Assembly (NCBI RefSeq): GCF_006345805.1
Contig: NC_043013.1
Location: 25,482,001 to 25,546,000, forward strand
Length of the DNA stretch: 64,000 nt
Direction of reading: 5' to 3'
Origin: Octopus sinensis
Taxonomy: Eukaryota
Positions 51,357 through 64,000 of the stretch are shown piece by piece. The position numbers were made by a program, and so were the translations under genes. Every line of letters begins with the position of its first letter. The first letter of the stretch is position 1. Under the pieces are notes generated by a model. It did no database searches. It had not been told where the DNA came from and worked only from the letters and a program-made list of their open reading frames with translations.

Positions 51357-52138
51357 TATGTATCTACTGTGTATGTTTTTGTCAATCACCATCACTTGAT
51401 ATGTGGTGTTGGTTGGTTTGTGTCCCTGTAACTTAGCAGTTTGGTATAAGCGATTGATTAAATAAGTTTGCTTCTATGTTTCTAGGATCATGGTTACATA
51501 TAATGATAAAGGGGTGGATGTATGGTTAAGGAGTTCACTTGACAACCACATGGTTTTGGATTCAATCCCACTGCTTGGCACCATGGTAAATGTCTTCTAC
51601 CATGGCCCCTTGGCCAACCAATATCTTGTGAGTGGATTTGGTAGACGGAAACGGAAAGAAGCCCATCGTGAATATGTGTGCATGCATATGTGTGTGTGTG
51701 TGTGTGCACATATGTGTGTGCATGTGTGTGTGTATGTTTTCCCCTCCCATCACCACTTGACACCCAGTGTTGGTTTGTTTACTCTCTTGAACTTAGCAGT
51801 TCAGCAAAACACACTGATAGAATAAGTAACAGTCTTAAAAATAAGTCTTGCTCAACTAAAACCCTTCAAGGCAGTGCCCCAGCATGGCCACACTCCAATG
51901 ACTGAAACATGCACAAAATAAAAAACATTTACCATTTTCCAAAAGGATTAAGAAATGTGATTAAATTTTCTCTCAAGACTAAAAGAATTCTTCAATATAG
52001 TGCCCCAGCATGGCCACAGGCTAATGACTGAAACGAGTAAAGGACAAAATATAAAAGACAATCAGAATTCTTTCTTCTCCACTGAAGAATGATATTGATT
52101 GCAGCTCAAGAAGCCTACAAGCTGGTGACAGTTACTTA

Positions 52139-53215
52139 TGAGATGCATTCCAGAAATTTTGAGACCCAATTAGGAGAGGCAGAAGCTGTTACAACTGTCC
52201 CTGGATTTTTGCAATTTTAGTACAACATTACTATACATCTAATAAGCTAACCTACCAACTTTTGTTATTCCAGGGTGGAAGGAACAGCTGTAACAGCATT
52301 TTGAACACACCCTGCAGAAAACAGCTTGTTACAGCTGACTTGTTTGCAGAATGCAGTTAAGCGTGAAGACAATTTGGAAGCTTGCTATGCTGTAAAGTTT
52401 TGTTCTTTTAACCATATCATTACTGTATTTCTGTTGAGATGCTCTGTGTTTCTTTCAATTAATTTTAAATATAACAAAGAATTTAGTAAAATAACTTAGT
52501 TATCATTAAGCTAGTGTTAGGAACATAAATTGTGACTAAGCTTTGGTGGAAGATTTTAATTCAAAACTTATGAAAACAAGATATTTGTATTACAGAGCCA
52601 AAGCTTGTTTCAGACGAGTTGGTAACAGAGTTAAACTGGGCAGAAATGCTGCAAGAACTTGTGAAATGCTCCAGACTACTTATGGATTAACTTGTATGAG
52701 CTAAGCAATTGCTTTTCATTAGCACAAGAAGCCAGATAAAACAAGTCCACCAGAAAGCTCATGATGATCCCCTTTTTTGACAGCAAGGGCATCATCTACA
52801 TCCACCAGGTCCCTTCTTGTCAGACAGTCAACAGCAAGTACATCATGAAAGTTTTGAGGGAGTTCAGGAACAAATTTCATCACAAAAGGCCAGAGCACTA
52901 TTCGACAGTCAAAATCCCATCCTGGTAACCAACTACTTGACAGAAATGGGTGTGGAAACTGTCCCCTCATCCTCCCCACAGTCCAGACCATGCTCCTTGT
53001 GCCTTTTGGTTGTTCCCCAAGCTGAAGGAGAAGATGAAGAAGGCTGTGGCAAGGGTCCTGGACTCCTTCACTGTGGAGGACTTCCATGGGTCCTTCACTA
53101 GTGGGTGAGAGTGCTACAATGAGTGCGTTGAGGTCAGAGGATCCTACTTTGTATTTCTTTGGAATTAATGAATGTCTCTCCTGAGAAAGTCTCAAAATTT
53201 CTGGAATGCACTTTG
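52139..53215 (+). mobile_element. Mariner transposon remnant
   Basis: TIRs tgcattccagaaattttgagac; TA at both ends; LMMIPFFDSKGIIYIHQVPSCQTVNSKYIMKVL, PHSPDHAPCAFWLFPKLKEKM and YNECVEVRGSYF. Confidence 0.9.
52408..52634 (-). mobile_element. TTAA-ended MITE (family 2) nested in the mariner
   Basis: TTAAccatatcattac ... ggtaacagagTTAA. Confidence 0.7.
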
Positions 53216-53408
53216 TAAAATGTTATTTACAGAAAGAGAATATTTCATAAATTATTAAAATCTACCACAGAGAATAGATAATAAAAGAATCTTTTATTGT
53301 TATTTAATGAGGATTTTGGACAGTAAAATGGCAGAGATAGATGTGTGACCTTCTTTGTTTAATTTGTGTATTTGTGTGTGTGTCTAATTGTTAGTGTTTG
53401 TCTGCCAT

Positions 53409-53650
53409 AACTGCTTAATCTGAATATTATTTTCTACTCTATGCAGAAGGCTCAAAATTTTTGGGGAGGTGGGGGCCAGTTGATTAGATTGACCCCAGTA
53501 TGAAACTGGTACTTAATTTAACTGCTTAATCTGAATATTATTTTCTACTCTATGCAGAAGGCTCAAAATTTTTTTGGGGGGCGGCAGTCTATTAGATTGA
53601 CCCCAGTATGAAACTGGTACTTAATTTAACTGCTTAAATCTGAATATTAA
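53409..53650 (+). repeat. Tandem ~110-bp duplication of a SINE head (2.2 units)
   Basis: Units start at 53409, 53520 and 53628. Confidence 0.85.
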
Positions 53651-54496
53651 AGGGTTAATCACATCCCTTTGCCTGTTTTAAGTTCAAATACCACAGAGGT
53701 CAACCATCCATTAGAGGAATGATTGGAATGGGTTGAGAAAATAAAAAGAAAGCACAAATCAAAATTGACCAACCTTTTACCCCCAGAACCTGAGACCAAT
53801 TGGTGTTGTGCCAAAATTAACAGAATAAATTCATACATACTAAAGACATTTTTTATGTGTACCACTGAGAGACTTGGTAGTGTCAATTTCATTATTAATC
53901 ATGTCCTTTTGCACAGTGAGAGCAAGTTAAATGGAGTGAGCTTCCTAACCTATACAAGCTTTTGTTACATGTGGAAAAGTTGGTCTTTTTTCTCTTGATT
54001 ATGTTTAGCTGTATGTCTTGCTGACATACTTACTTTCTTTTAAAAGCATTTCAATTTGAGCTTTGCATTTCAACACTCTGTCACCAAAAAATGATCTATG
54101 GTCTATCATACATTGGTTTTGTGCATTTCATTTCATTTGCAGTTACATTAAAAAAAAGAAACAAACTTATGTTTAGAGAAGAGAGAATGTCAACCAGTGT
54201 ACAAACCAAGGAAAGTAAAATATGGAACTGATGTCACTCAACCATCATATTTAATTATTAAGAACAAGATTTACTTGCAAGTAAGAAACAAAACAAAATT
54301 TGAGGTAAATTATCTAATGAGGAAAAAACAACAAAAAATAAACAAAAAACAGTAAATCTTTCATTTAATGTTTGTTTAATCACCTGTTTAAAAAAAAACT
54401 CTTTATGCTCTTACAGACATGTAGATGTGCATGCACAGACGTATACACCAGAGTATATATTAGTTGTTATTGGTTATATTTCTATACATATGCACA

Positions 54497-55085
54497 TATG
54501 GAGGCACAATGGCCCAGTGGTTAGGGCAGCAGACTAAGTCACAGGATCACGGTCATGAGTGTTTATTGAGGCTCCAACAGGGAGTGGTGGTGAACCCTAT
54601 TGTATTCTTTCACTACAACTTTCTCTCACTCTTTCTTCCTGTTTCTGTTGTACCTGTATTTCAAAGGGCCAGCCTTGTCACACTGAATCTCCCCGAGAAC
54701 TACATTAGGGTAGATGTGTCTGTGGAGTGCTCAGCCACTTGCATGTTAATTTCATGAGCAGGCTGTTCCGTTGATTCCCAGACCAGGCGTTGTGAGTGTT
54801 TATTGAGTGAAAACACCTAAAGCTCCACAAGCTCCGGCAGGGGGGGGGGGTGATGAACCCTGCTGTACTCTTTCACCACAACTTTCTCTCACTCTTTCTT
54901 CCTGTTCCTGTTGTACCTGTATTTCAAAGGGCCAGCCTTGTCACACACTGTGTCATACTGAATCTGCCCGAGAACTACGTTAAGGGTACACGTGTCTGTG
55001 GAGTGCTTAGTCCACATGCATGTTAATAAATGAGCAAGCTGTTCCGTTGATTGGATTAACTGGAACACTCATCATCATAACCAAT
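54497..55085 (+). mobile_element. Two tandem copies of SINE family D
   Basis: tggaggcacaatggcccagtggttagggcagc head; body repeated twice. Confidence 0.8.
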
Positions 55086-55501
55086 AGAGTGCCATAGTAC
55101 ATATACACATACATACATAATACACACACAATGGCTGAAAACTCATGTTTGAGTATTGCCATTGCCTAATCAAAAGTCCCACACATGCAAAGACTATCAC
55201 CAGCCATTTTTATGATAGGTCTTACTTTTTTTTTCAAGTGATGCCTGTGCATGATGACTTTTTTATAGTGGGGAAAGGATTTTCACAAATCCAATCCCAC
55301 TCTATACATTTGGACAATACAAACTCGAAAAGAAGAACTAGTCTACATCATCGAATATTGTCAGTGTCGCAGGTTTTCTCTCTGAGTTTCCCTCTACTAG
55401 AGAGATGATATGACAACAACAGAGGGGCCTTCCACTCCCAGTGGGCCAACTGCATACCCAGATATTTCCGTGTCTCTCCGCATAAACACATGCATACATA
55501 C

Positions 55502-55586
55502 ATGAAGGCTGGAGGGTATATCAGCCAAAACGTTGTGTTAACAATAAAACAAGATGAGGACAAATATCCATCAAATGTAAATAATG
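55502..55586 (+). mobile_element. 5'-truncated copy of the 5899-6059 hammerhead arm
   Basis: atgaaggctggagggtatatcagccaaaacgttgtgttaacaa..aagatgaggaca..tgtaaataatg. Confidence 0.75.
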
Positions 55587-57680
55587 CAGATGTTTTTTGT
55601 TTTGTTTAGAAGAGGAGAAATTTTTTTGTTTTTTTTTTGGAGAAAAGGAGAAAGAGAGAAAAATAAGGAGCAGGACAATCAAGAAAGAAAAGCAAAGAGG
55701 GGGAAAAAAGATAGACAGAGAGAGAGAGAGAGAGTTTCTTTTCAATTATATTGTTTGTTTAGAAGGGGAGAAAATTTTGGTTTTTGAAGAAAAGAGACAA
55801 ACAAGAAAAAAGAAAGCATATTTTTGGGAGCAGGACAATCGAAAAAGGAGAAGAAAAGCAAAGTGGGGGCAGGGGATAGATAGAGAGAGGTTTCTTTTTC
55901 TTCTCTTTTCTTATTTTTCCCATCCTACTTTCTAAAATTGACATCTTGAAAAAATTTATTTAGCCATTTCTTCCTACTATGAGAAAAATGCATATATTTA
56001 CAAATATGTCGAAAGGTATACAATAAGAAGGGAAAAAGGAGAAAGAGAAAGAGAAAAAATACTTTGTAATGATATTTCAATGGGTTGATCACATCAAATT
56101 GAAAAGAAACCTCTCTCTCGCTCCTTCTTTCTCATTATCTATCCTCACCCACCCCACCTTTGATTTTCTTCCTCTTTCTGACTAAAATCTTCAATGCAGT
56201 GCTACAGCATGGCCACAGTCCAATGACAAAACAAGTAAAAGATAAAAGATACAGATATCGGTACAGGCTTGGATGTGTGATGTTTGGGGTTCAATCCCAC
56301 TGTGTGGCAGTGTGGCACCTTGGGACGATCAAAGATTTGTGAACGGATTTGGTTGATGGAAACTGAAAAAAGCCTGTTGTATATATATGTTTAGGTGTGT
56401 ATATATTTGAGTCTGAGTTTGTCCCCCACTACCATTTGACAACTGGTGTTGGTGTGTTTACATCCTTGTAACTTAGCAGTTTGGCAATAGGAGCCAACAG
56501 ATTAAGTACCAGTCTTTAAAAAATAAGTTCTGGGGTTGATTCATTTGACTAAACATTCTTCAAGGCGGTGCCCCAGCATGACTGCAGTCAAATGACCTGA
56601 ACCAAGTAAAAGATAGAAAAACCGACAGATAATATATTCTAAATAGCCCTAGACATGAGGGTAATAGCTGCAAAGCCTGTAACTTCTAAGTCTGTTACAT
56701 CACAATTGAGTAGGAGCTAAACAATAGCATCATCCTCATCACCATCATCAAAATTCTCATGAAAAGACTTCCCTGTAAAACCTTGTCTACGTCATACCAA
56801 ACCTGCATGACACAATGGATTTTTTTTTTATTCTTTAATCCTTTCTTTCAAATGCATTTCTAAAATTCCCAAATGAAGGTTTCTCCATCTGAGAAATGTG
56901 GAGGACTTTTTACTGTATTTTTAATCAAATGCTTTATAGTAAATACATTGAAAAGATTATTCTGAAGGTTGTGGTTGTTCTTGTTGCTTGTGTGGTTGTT
57001 GCTTTACATGGATTTACTTTTAATGAATAGACATTCTCACGATCACCTTCTCATGTGTATTTTTCTAGCAGCTGTTGTTCCTTAAATTACGGGGTGTTCA
57101 CAAATTTCCTGTGTACAGCAGCTATTATAATAATGTATTCTTTCACTTTCTATCTAAAATTCCAGTTTACCTTTTCAAAGAAGAGAAGCCGGATCTATTC
57201 ACCTTTTAATAAAAGCATAAATGCTAAGCAGAAAATTTTGATTGGTCCAAAGGAAAAGTTAATATAAATATTACAACTGTTTCCACAAAAGATATTTGTA
57301 TACATGTACATCTATCTATTTCTATATGTATATTTTTATGAATATATATGAATATGTGTGTTTATATATCGCCAAAACATTGTTTTATTTCTGATCCCCC
57401 CCCCCAATCATGTGGTTCTGGGTTCAGTCCCGCTGTGTGACACTTTGGGTAAAAGTCCTCTAATATAGCTTCGGGCCAACCAAAGCCTTGTGAGTGGATT
57501 TGATAGATGGAAACTGAAAGAAGCCTGTTGTTTATATCTATATAAATAAAAGAGAGTTTGTGTGTGTGCACGCACATATGTTCCTTATGCATTCGAAAAC
57601 TGAGTTGACGATTTTGATGTATGAGGTATAAAAAGATTCAATAATCTTTTGGGTACCAAATAAACTTTATTTTCACTTAC

Positions 57681-57731
<51 letters not shown>

Positions 57732-58112
57732 CATGTACCTATTTTCCTTATGGATTCGAAAACTGTGTTGCCGATTTTAACATATGAGGTATCAAAATAT
57801 TCAGTAATCTTTCTGCTACCAAATAAACTATGTTTTTGGCATAAAAATTCTTTTTTACTACTAAAATAATCTTGGAAATGAGGTCGGGTTGCACAATTTT
57901 GAGGTCATTTTTGGGCAATATTTCAATTTGCTTCTAATGTTTCACATGTACGTATAATTCTACCCAGACAAACATTTATGGAAATGCACATAAAAATATT
58001 GTATTAAAATAAGCCACAAGCAAAAAACATTTCATTAAAAGATATCCATTTCTGTATATGGTATGAGAAATTACAGTCCCTCACTCTCTCTCTCTCTCTC
58101 TCTCTCTCACAT

Positions 58113-58149
<37 letters not shown>

Positions 58150-58517
58150 AATACAAGAAAGATATATGCATATGTATTTATGTACGTGTATATGACAGAT
58201 GTTTGTCAGAGAGAGAGAGAGAGAGTGAGTGCCACTTACACATGCATGCAAAAAAATACATATATAACACACACCTTCACTCATGCACTCTTTCTCTTTC
58301 TCTCCCTCTCAAACGCACGCACAAACGTGTACTGCACACACACACACACACACATCCATTTCATATACACGTACATACAGCTTTCACTTTCTCCTCTCTT
58401 TCATTTTCTGTTCTCTTCAAAGCATAAACAAATAAAGAATTTTTGTGGAAATTAAGAAACGATGCCGACGACCGCTCGGTTCAAAGTTAATCTTGACCAG
58501 AAATGGCCTGAACTCTT

Positions 58518-59007
58518 TGCATGAACACCACCCTGTACATAACTCCATGTCCCCCTACATGGCCTTGCTTTTTGCTTTTTGAGCCGAAAAATTAACTTAA
58601 CTTAACTTATATGATCCTGTGGGATGACGTCAGCAGCCGGACGTCAGCAGCGGGGTGCGTCGACCGGAAGCTGGGGCAAGCGGAAGGGGTCAGCCGTCAA
58701 GCGTGCGCAGGGGGCGGAAGTTGACCTTTCCAACGTGGGTCGTGTGAGCGACTTCCTCGCACGTCTTGTCGCCCGCACGACCCACGTTGGAAAGGTCAAC
58801 TTCCGCCCCCTGCGCACGCTTGACGGCTGACCCCTTCCGCTTGCCCCAGCTTCCGGTCGACGCACCCCGCTGCTGACGTCCGGCTGCTGACGTCATCCCA
58901 CAGGATCATATAAGTTAAGTTAAGTTAAGTTAATTTTTCGGCTCAAAAAGCAAAAAGCAAGGCCATGTAGGGGGACATGGAGTTATGTACAGGGTGGTGT
59001 TCATGCA
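58518..59007. repeat. Near-perfect 490-bp palindrome
   Basis: Arms 58518-58752 and 58768-59007; 15-nt loop; two substitutions near the loop and one extra 5-bp unit. Confidence 0.97.
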
Positions 59008-61944
59008 GATCCAATATGAATTACCATATGATTGAGTTGACAACTTTGCTGCTTCAAACGAAAGAATGCCATAACATAACTTTCTTTGGCACATACATGC
59101 TCACACACACACACACACACACACACATGCATACACACACACACACACGCATGCATACACATACTCACACACACTCTCTCTCTCTCTCTAGGTAAAACTT
59201 ATGTACAAATTATGTTATTTCTTGCTATGTGTATACGCAAAATTACAGCTCAAATCCAATTGAAATAATCTTTTTCTATTCTGTAAATTGTGTTTGCGAT
59301 GAGTATATTTAAAAACTTGATCTTCAATATGAAGTTAAAAAGAAATTTTCCCAGAAATCCTATCCTTTACCTGTTGTTTCCAGCATATCTGAAGTGACAT
59401 TTGCACCACCACCACCTTATTTTTTTCCTAAATTTCCTCCAATTCCCATGCTTTCCAAAAGGATATCAGCCAAAAAACACGTTTTCAATAATTTTCTCCC
59501 TCCCTGCCCTAATTTCATTTCTTACTTTTTTCCAAATATTTTTCTTGGTATTCCATGGAGAAAAAAAAAAAAGAGAGAGTATGAATCTTTAAGAATTCTC
59601 TTCTTTTTTCTTAAAGAAACACTAAAATCTCATTCCCAAACATCTATCCATCACCTCACCACTTTCAAAAAGCTACAAACACCCAATGTTTCACTTTTAG
59701 GTTTTTGGAAAGTGGGGAAGTTTCTTCAGAAATAATGTTGTTTACCTGTTATTTCTAGTATATCGGGCTTTCTGGTAATGGTCTGATTATTTTTTACGTC
59801 TGCTATTTCAGTACAATTCTATGCATACGTGAAACATCAGACAAAAGTGAAACATTGGGAGGTTTTAGCTTTTTGAAAGCAGGTAGGGGGTGGGTAGGCA
59901 AGGTAGGGGAAGGGGTACTGAGTTTCTTTAAGAAAAATTAGATTTAAAAATATATATTTTTCCCAGATTCGTGGATAAAAACAAATTTGATAAAAAGTTA
60001 CAAATTAAGAAATTGCAGAGGGGACAGGAAGAAAATATGATTTCTGGGCAAAAGCGTATTAATCCCCTTTTATATGATGAAACAATACATAGTTTGTGAT
60101 TCTTCTCAAGAACAAAAAGCACTTTCATGCAAACCAATGCAAATTGTACCCTCCCCCCCCCATTTCATTTTTAAACAAACAGTAACTTCCATTACACTAG
60201 TAATCCAGTTTACTAAATGTTAGCTGTGCCAAATATGCTCCATAAGAAAGGAACAAATAATTCAATGTGGCTGTGGGTCATAACACCCAGGCAAAGCCAG
60301 GATGCATTGCTAGTGTGTGTGTGTGTGTGTGTGTGTGCATGTGTGTGTGTTTGTCCCTCACCACCACTTGACAACTGTGTTGGTGTGTTTATAAGTCCTA
60401 GGTGTGATTTATTTGGCTAAAATAACCACTAAAACAGTGTCCCAGCATGGCCACAGTCTAATGACTGAAATAAGTAAAAGATAAAAGATACGTATGTAGA
60501 CTTTCAACAATATTACTTTAATCCTTTGAAGATTGATAGAAATGGTTGAATTTTTAGAAAATGTGTAATACCCAATTAACTGATTCCCATGTTTAATTAA
60601 TTAAAACAAGGCAAGTGATAGCTTTCTCTGTGTTGTTTCTATATTTCTAACTTTGACTTGAAGTTATTTTTAACTTTCTGTGTGAAATGAGTCAGTAATA
60701 TTTTCTTTGATCTCCAGTGGCCTACCATGTCAAAAAGAATTGAAAATTACAGATTTATAGTATATATATGTGGATTTATGAGTCCATATGTACTCTCACA
60801 GATATATCATGACAACAACTTTCCCCTTTCACTGGTGTAACTCACTCAAATCTGGGGGTAGAGTGTCAAGGTGGATGTAACTTGAAACATTTTTATATCC
60901 CACCCCAGCACCCACCGCTAAAAACACAATTACAGATTTAAGTGATGAATGATATTTAGCTTGCAAAATCCTGGGAAATTCTCTTCAACACATGACTGTT
61001 TCAACATATTGGTTCTTCACTTCCATTCTACATACCTACACCATTCGTCCTAAACCATGATGGATGAATGCCACTGCCTGAATGGTCTCAGTGAAAAATG
61101 ACCTCTGGAATGGAATACTATTTCTGTGTAAAGTGTGGAGAAAAGATCTGATGACAAATGAGAATTATACACAACCCCACCGTTAATAAGGAAAATTTAA
61201 TGTTTTTAAGAACCAGCCAAAAATTTTCTACATGACCTCATGATTTCTTGCTGGGAATCTCATTTCCAAAATCTTCATTATTATAATACATCATTAGTGG
61301 TAAGCTGGCAGAATCGCTAACACATCAGGTAAAAAGCTTAGTGGCATTTTGCCTGTCTTTGTGTTCTGAGTTCAAATTTCGCAGAAGTCGACTTTGTTTT
61401 CCATCCTTTTGGGATCGATGAAATAAGTACCAGTTGAAAACTGGGGTTGATGTAGTCGATTTAACAGCTATCCTCCAAATTGTTAGCCTTGTGCCAACAT
61501 TTGAAACTAATATTATAATAAACTTTTCAGGTGGTAGTGAGCTAGCAAAATGCTTAACAGCATTTCATCCATCTTCATGTTCTGAGTCCAAATACTACCA
61601 AGGTTGGCTTTCATTTGCAGCTTTTTTGGCGGGTGGTGGGGGTGATTGAGTAAGTACCAGTTGGAAACTGGAGGGAGGTCGATGTAATTGACTACCCCTC
61701 CCACCAAACTGATGGCCTCATGACAGAATTTGAAGAAAAAGGACATTTGGTAGTGTTGTTTAAGCTATACTCACTATGCCAGATAAAAAGTTGGGATGTT
61801 CATGGTTAGAAGGCTTTTTTCTCACAGATCAACTAGATCAGAGTTGACCAGGAACTAAACAACAATATCATATCTCTGGTATTTTGGATAAGGTTTTTCA
61901 AACAAGTCTTGCAATACATTATTGAAGAATTCTTTTTATATCAG

Positions 61945-62880
61945 CAATCTAAAACCAAAGTTCTAATAAGTAGGAAGGTAGACAAATCACAAACACCCTC
62001 AGGTAGATGGCCCTGCTCGATCTGTAGAAAAGGCGTAGGTAGAAACTCTATAAGATGCACCAAGTGTAAGCTATGGACACATAAGAGGTGCAGCAATGTC
62101 AAAGGAAGGCTAACTAGGAAAATAGTTTTTGTATGTGGCAGATGCTCAGAAGTAATAAACACTGAAAATACACAGAGACCATCTTCCGCCACATTCCAGG
62201 GAGAAAAACTAGAAATAGTTGATAGCTTTCGTTACCTAGGTGACCAAGTCAGCAGCGGGGGCGGGTACACTGAAAGTGTAACTGCTAGAGTAAGAATAGC
62301 CTGGGCAAAGTTCAGAGAGCTCTTATCTCTGCTGGTGACAAAAGGCCTCTCGCTCAGAACAAAAGGCAGATTGTATGACACATGCGTACGAACAGCTATG
62401 CTACATGGCAGTGAAACATGGGCCGTGATAGCTGAGGATATGCGTAAGCTTGCAAGAAATGAAGCCAGTATGCTCCGATGGATGTGTAATGTCAGTGTTC
62501 ATACTCGACAGAGTGTAAGTACTTTGAGAGAAAAGTTGGACCTAAGAAGCATCAGTTGTGGTGTGCAAGAGAGACGTTTGCGCTGGTATGGTCATGTGGC
62601 GAGAATGGATGAAGATAGTTGTGTGAAAAAGTGCCACACCCTAGTGGTTGAGGGAACCTGTGGAAGAGGTAGACCCAGGAAAACCTGGGACGAGGTGGTA
62701 AAGCACGACCTTCAAACTTTAGGTCTCACCGAGGAAATGACTAGGGACCGAGACCTATGGAAGTATGCTGTGCATGAGAAGACCCGTCAGGACAAGTGAG
62801 GCCATAATCCCGTGGCCTACACCTGGGATGTAGCCAGCCCACTTATGCATTCCCTTCCTTCTTGGGACACAAAACTCCAC
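61945..62880 (+). mobile_element. RTE-clade LINE 3' end, 5'-truncated, open frame to 62799
   Basis: KTKVL..PHD-like finger..VDSFRYLGD..AWAKFREL..GRLYDTCVRTAMLHGSETW..RRLRWYGHVAR..RGRPRKTW. Confidence 0.92.
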
Positions 62881-63280
62881 TTGTTAAGACCCGTTGAGGC
62901 AAGTGAAAATCAAAATCATAATCTATCAACATCAATGGAATTTGTAGCTGTGATATCAGTGCCGGTGGCACGTAAAAGCACCATCTGACCGTGGCTGTTG
63001 CCAGCTTCGTCTGATCCCCGTGCCGGTGGCACATAAAAAGCACCATCTGATTGTGGCCATTTGCCAGCCTCGTCTGGCATCTGTGCCGGTGGCACGTAAA
63101 AAGCACCCACTTCACTCACGGAGTAGTTGGCGTTAGGAAGGGCATCTAGCTGTAGAAACACTGCCAGATCAGACTGGGCCTGGTGCAGCCTTCTGGCTTC
63201 CCAGACCCCAGTTGAACCGTCCAACCCATGCCAGCATGGAAAGTGGACGTTAAACGATGATGATGATGATGATGATGAAT
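62880..63280 (+). mobile_element. SINE family C copy
   Basis: Core, internal repeats and (GAT)n tail. Confidence 0.8.
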
Positions 63281-64000
63281 CCCCAACCACTTTTGCATCA
63301 TGGACTGTTTTCATGTCAGACAATTCCATGTGCATAACAAAAATTTAATAAATTATTTATCATATAATACATTTTATAATACATATATATTATATATATA
63401 TTACATATATCATAGCATCATAATATCAACCAGACCATCAGATGCTGTAATACACCACTGGTCACAAAGCGCTTCCAATTCTGTCTTGATTGCATCATTC
63501 TTTTCTATCTTGACCCAAACTGATTGACTGAATCATCTTCCCATCATAGGGGCCTTCTAAGTGCCCTTTTTCCAATCTCTTGGTTACCAATTGGCAACTG
63601 CATGGGTCCACCAGTTGCCTGTGAACCTTGCAGCATGCCTGGCCCAGTGGAACCCTTACTTTTGGTATTCTGTGATTACATTATTCATTCCACTCCATTC
63701 TCAATTATCTCATTTTGAATACAATCTCTTAATGATGATCCTAGCATGGATCTTTCTGTGGCCCTTTGCATCATAGCTAATCAATGTTCTGTCCTTCTCA
63801 AAGAGGATATACTATATATACAGGGTGCATAAGATATTTGAGGACAGACTTATGTTTATAAAAAAAACCCAGATATATATAATAACAGATAACTTTATTT
63901 ATCAAAAAATGCTATAAGGATAAAAATAAACTTTCTTTTCTATAAATCTATTCAACAAAGCCACTTTCAGCTTCAACGACTGCTTTTATATGAGATCTAA

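Noticed and set aside
55598-55900. Degenerate ~160-bp purine-rich tandem duplication
   Set aside because: Low-complexity and poorly conserved; no functional signal
58624-58896. Mirror-image 68-73 aa ORFs in the palindrome
   Set aside because: By-products of GC-rich symmetric DNA; no domain recognised
63530-63690. 47-aa minus-strand ORF MNNVITEYQSKGSTGPGML..
   Set aside because: No recognisable homology or good splice sites

Overview
This is eukaryotic, AT-rich and repeat-dense DNA. The SINE families, (CA)n/(TA)n load and TTAGGG repeats look like an octopod cephalopod genome (inference). Only one host coding exon is supportable: the first coding exon (minus strand, 12948-13523) of a LIV-1-subfamily ZIP zinc transporter (ZIP6/ZIP10/foi-like); its next exon was not found in the 12.9 kb downstream. 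The rest is mobile-element debris: four SINE families, two RTE LINEs, two CRE-like RLE LINE fragments, two Penelope-like (GIY-YIG) fragments, a Helitron, mariner, pogo and piggyBac-type MITEs, and a foldback family with GGATC ends and 8-bp TSDs. Most ORFs in the supplied track are microsatellite or SINE noise, and the track uses GTG/TTG starts. The most notable non-obvious signals are: (1) minimal type-I hammerhead-ribozyme motifs from at least three unrelated sequence families, three of them inside inverted-repeat cassettes and one attached to a tRNA-derived head; (2) a near-perfect 490-bp GC/CpG-rich palindrome with no TSD at 58518-59007; (3) a CCAAT/CRE tandem array followed by TATA, Kozak ATG and a splice donor downstream of a Penelope endonuclease; (4) A-depleted, G-enriched islands inside a CA tract, which could be A-to-G hypermutation or a sequencing artefact. 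All calls were made by eye; no searches were run.
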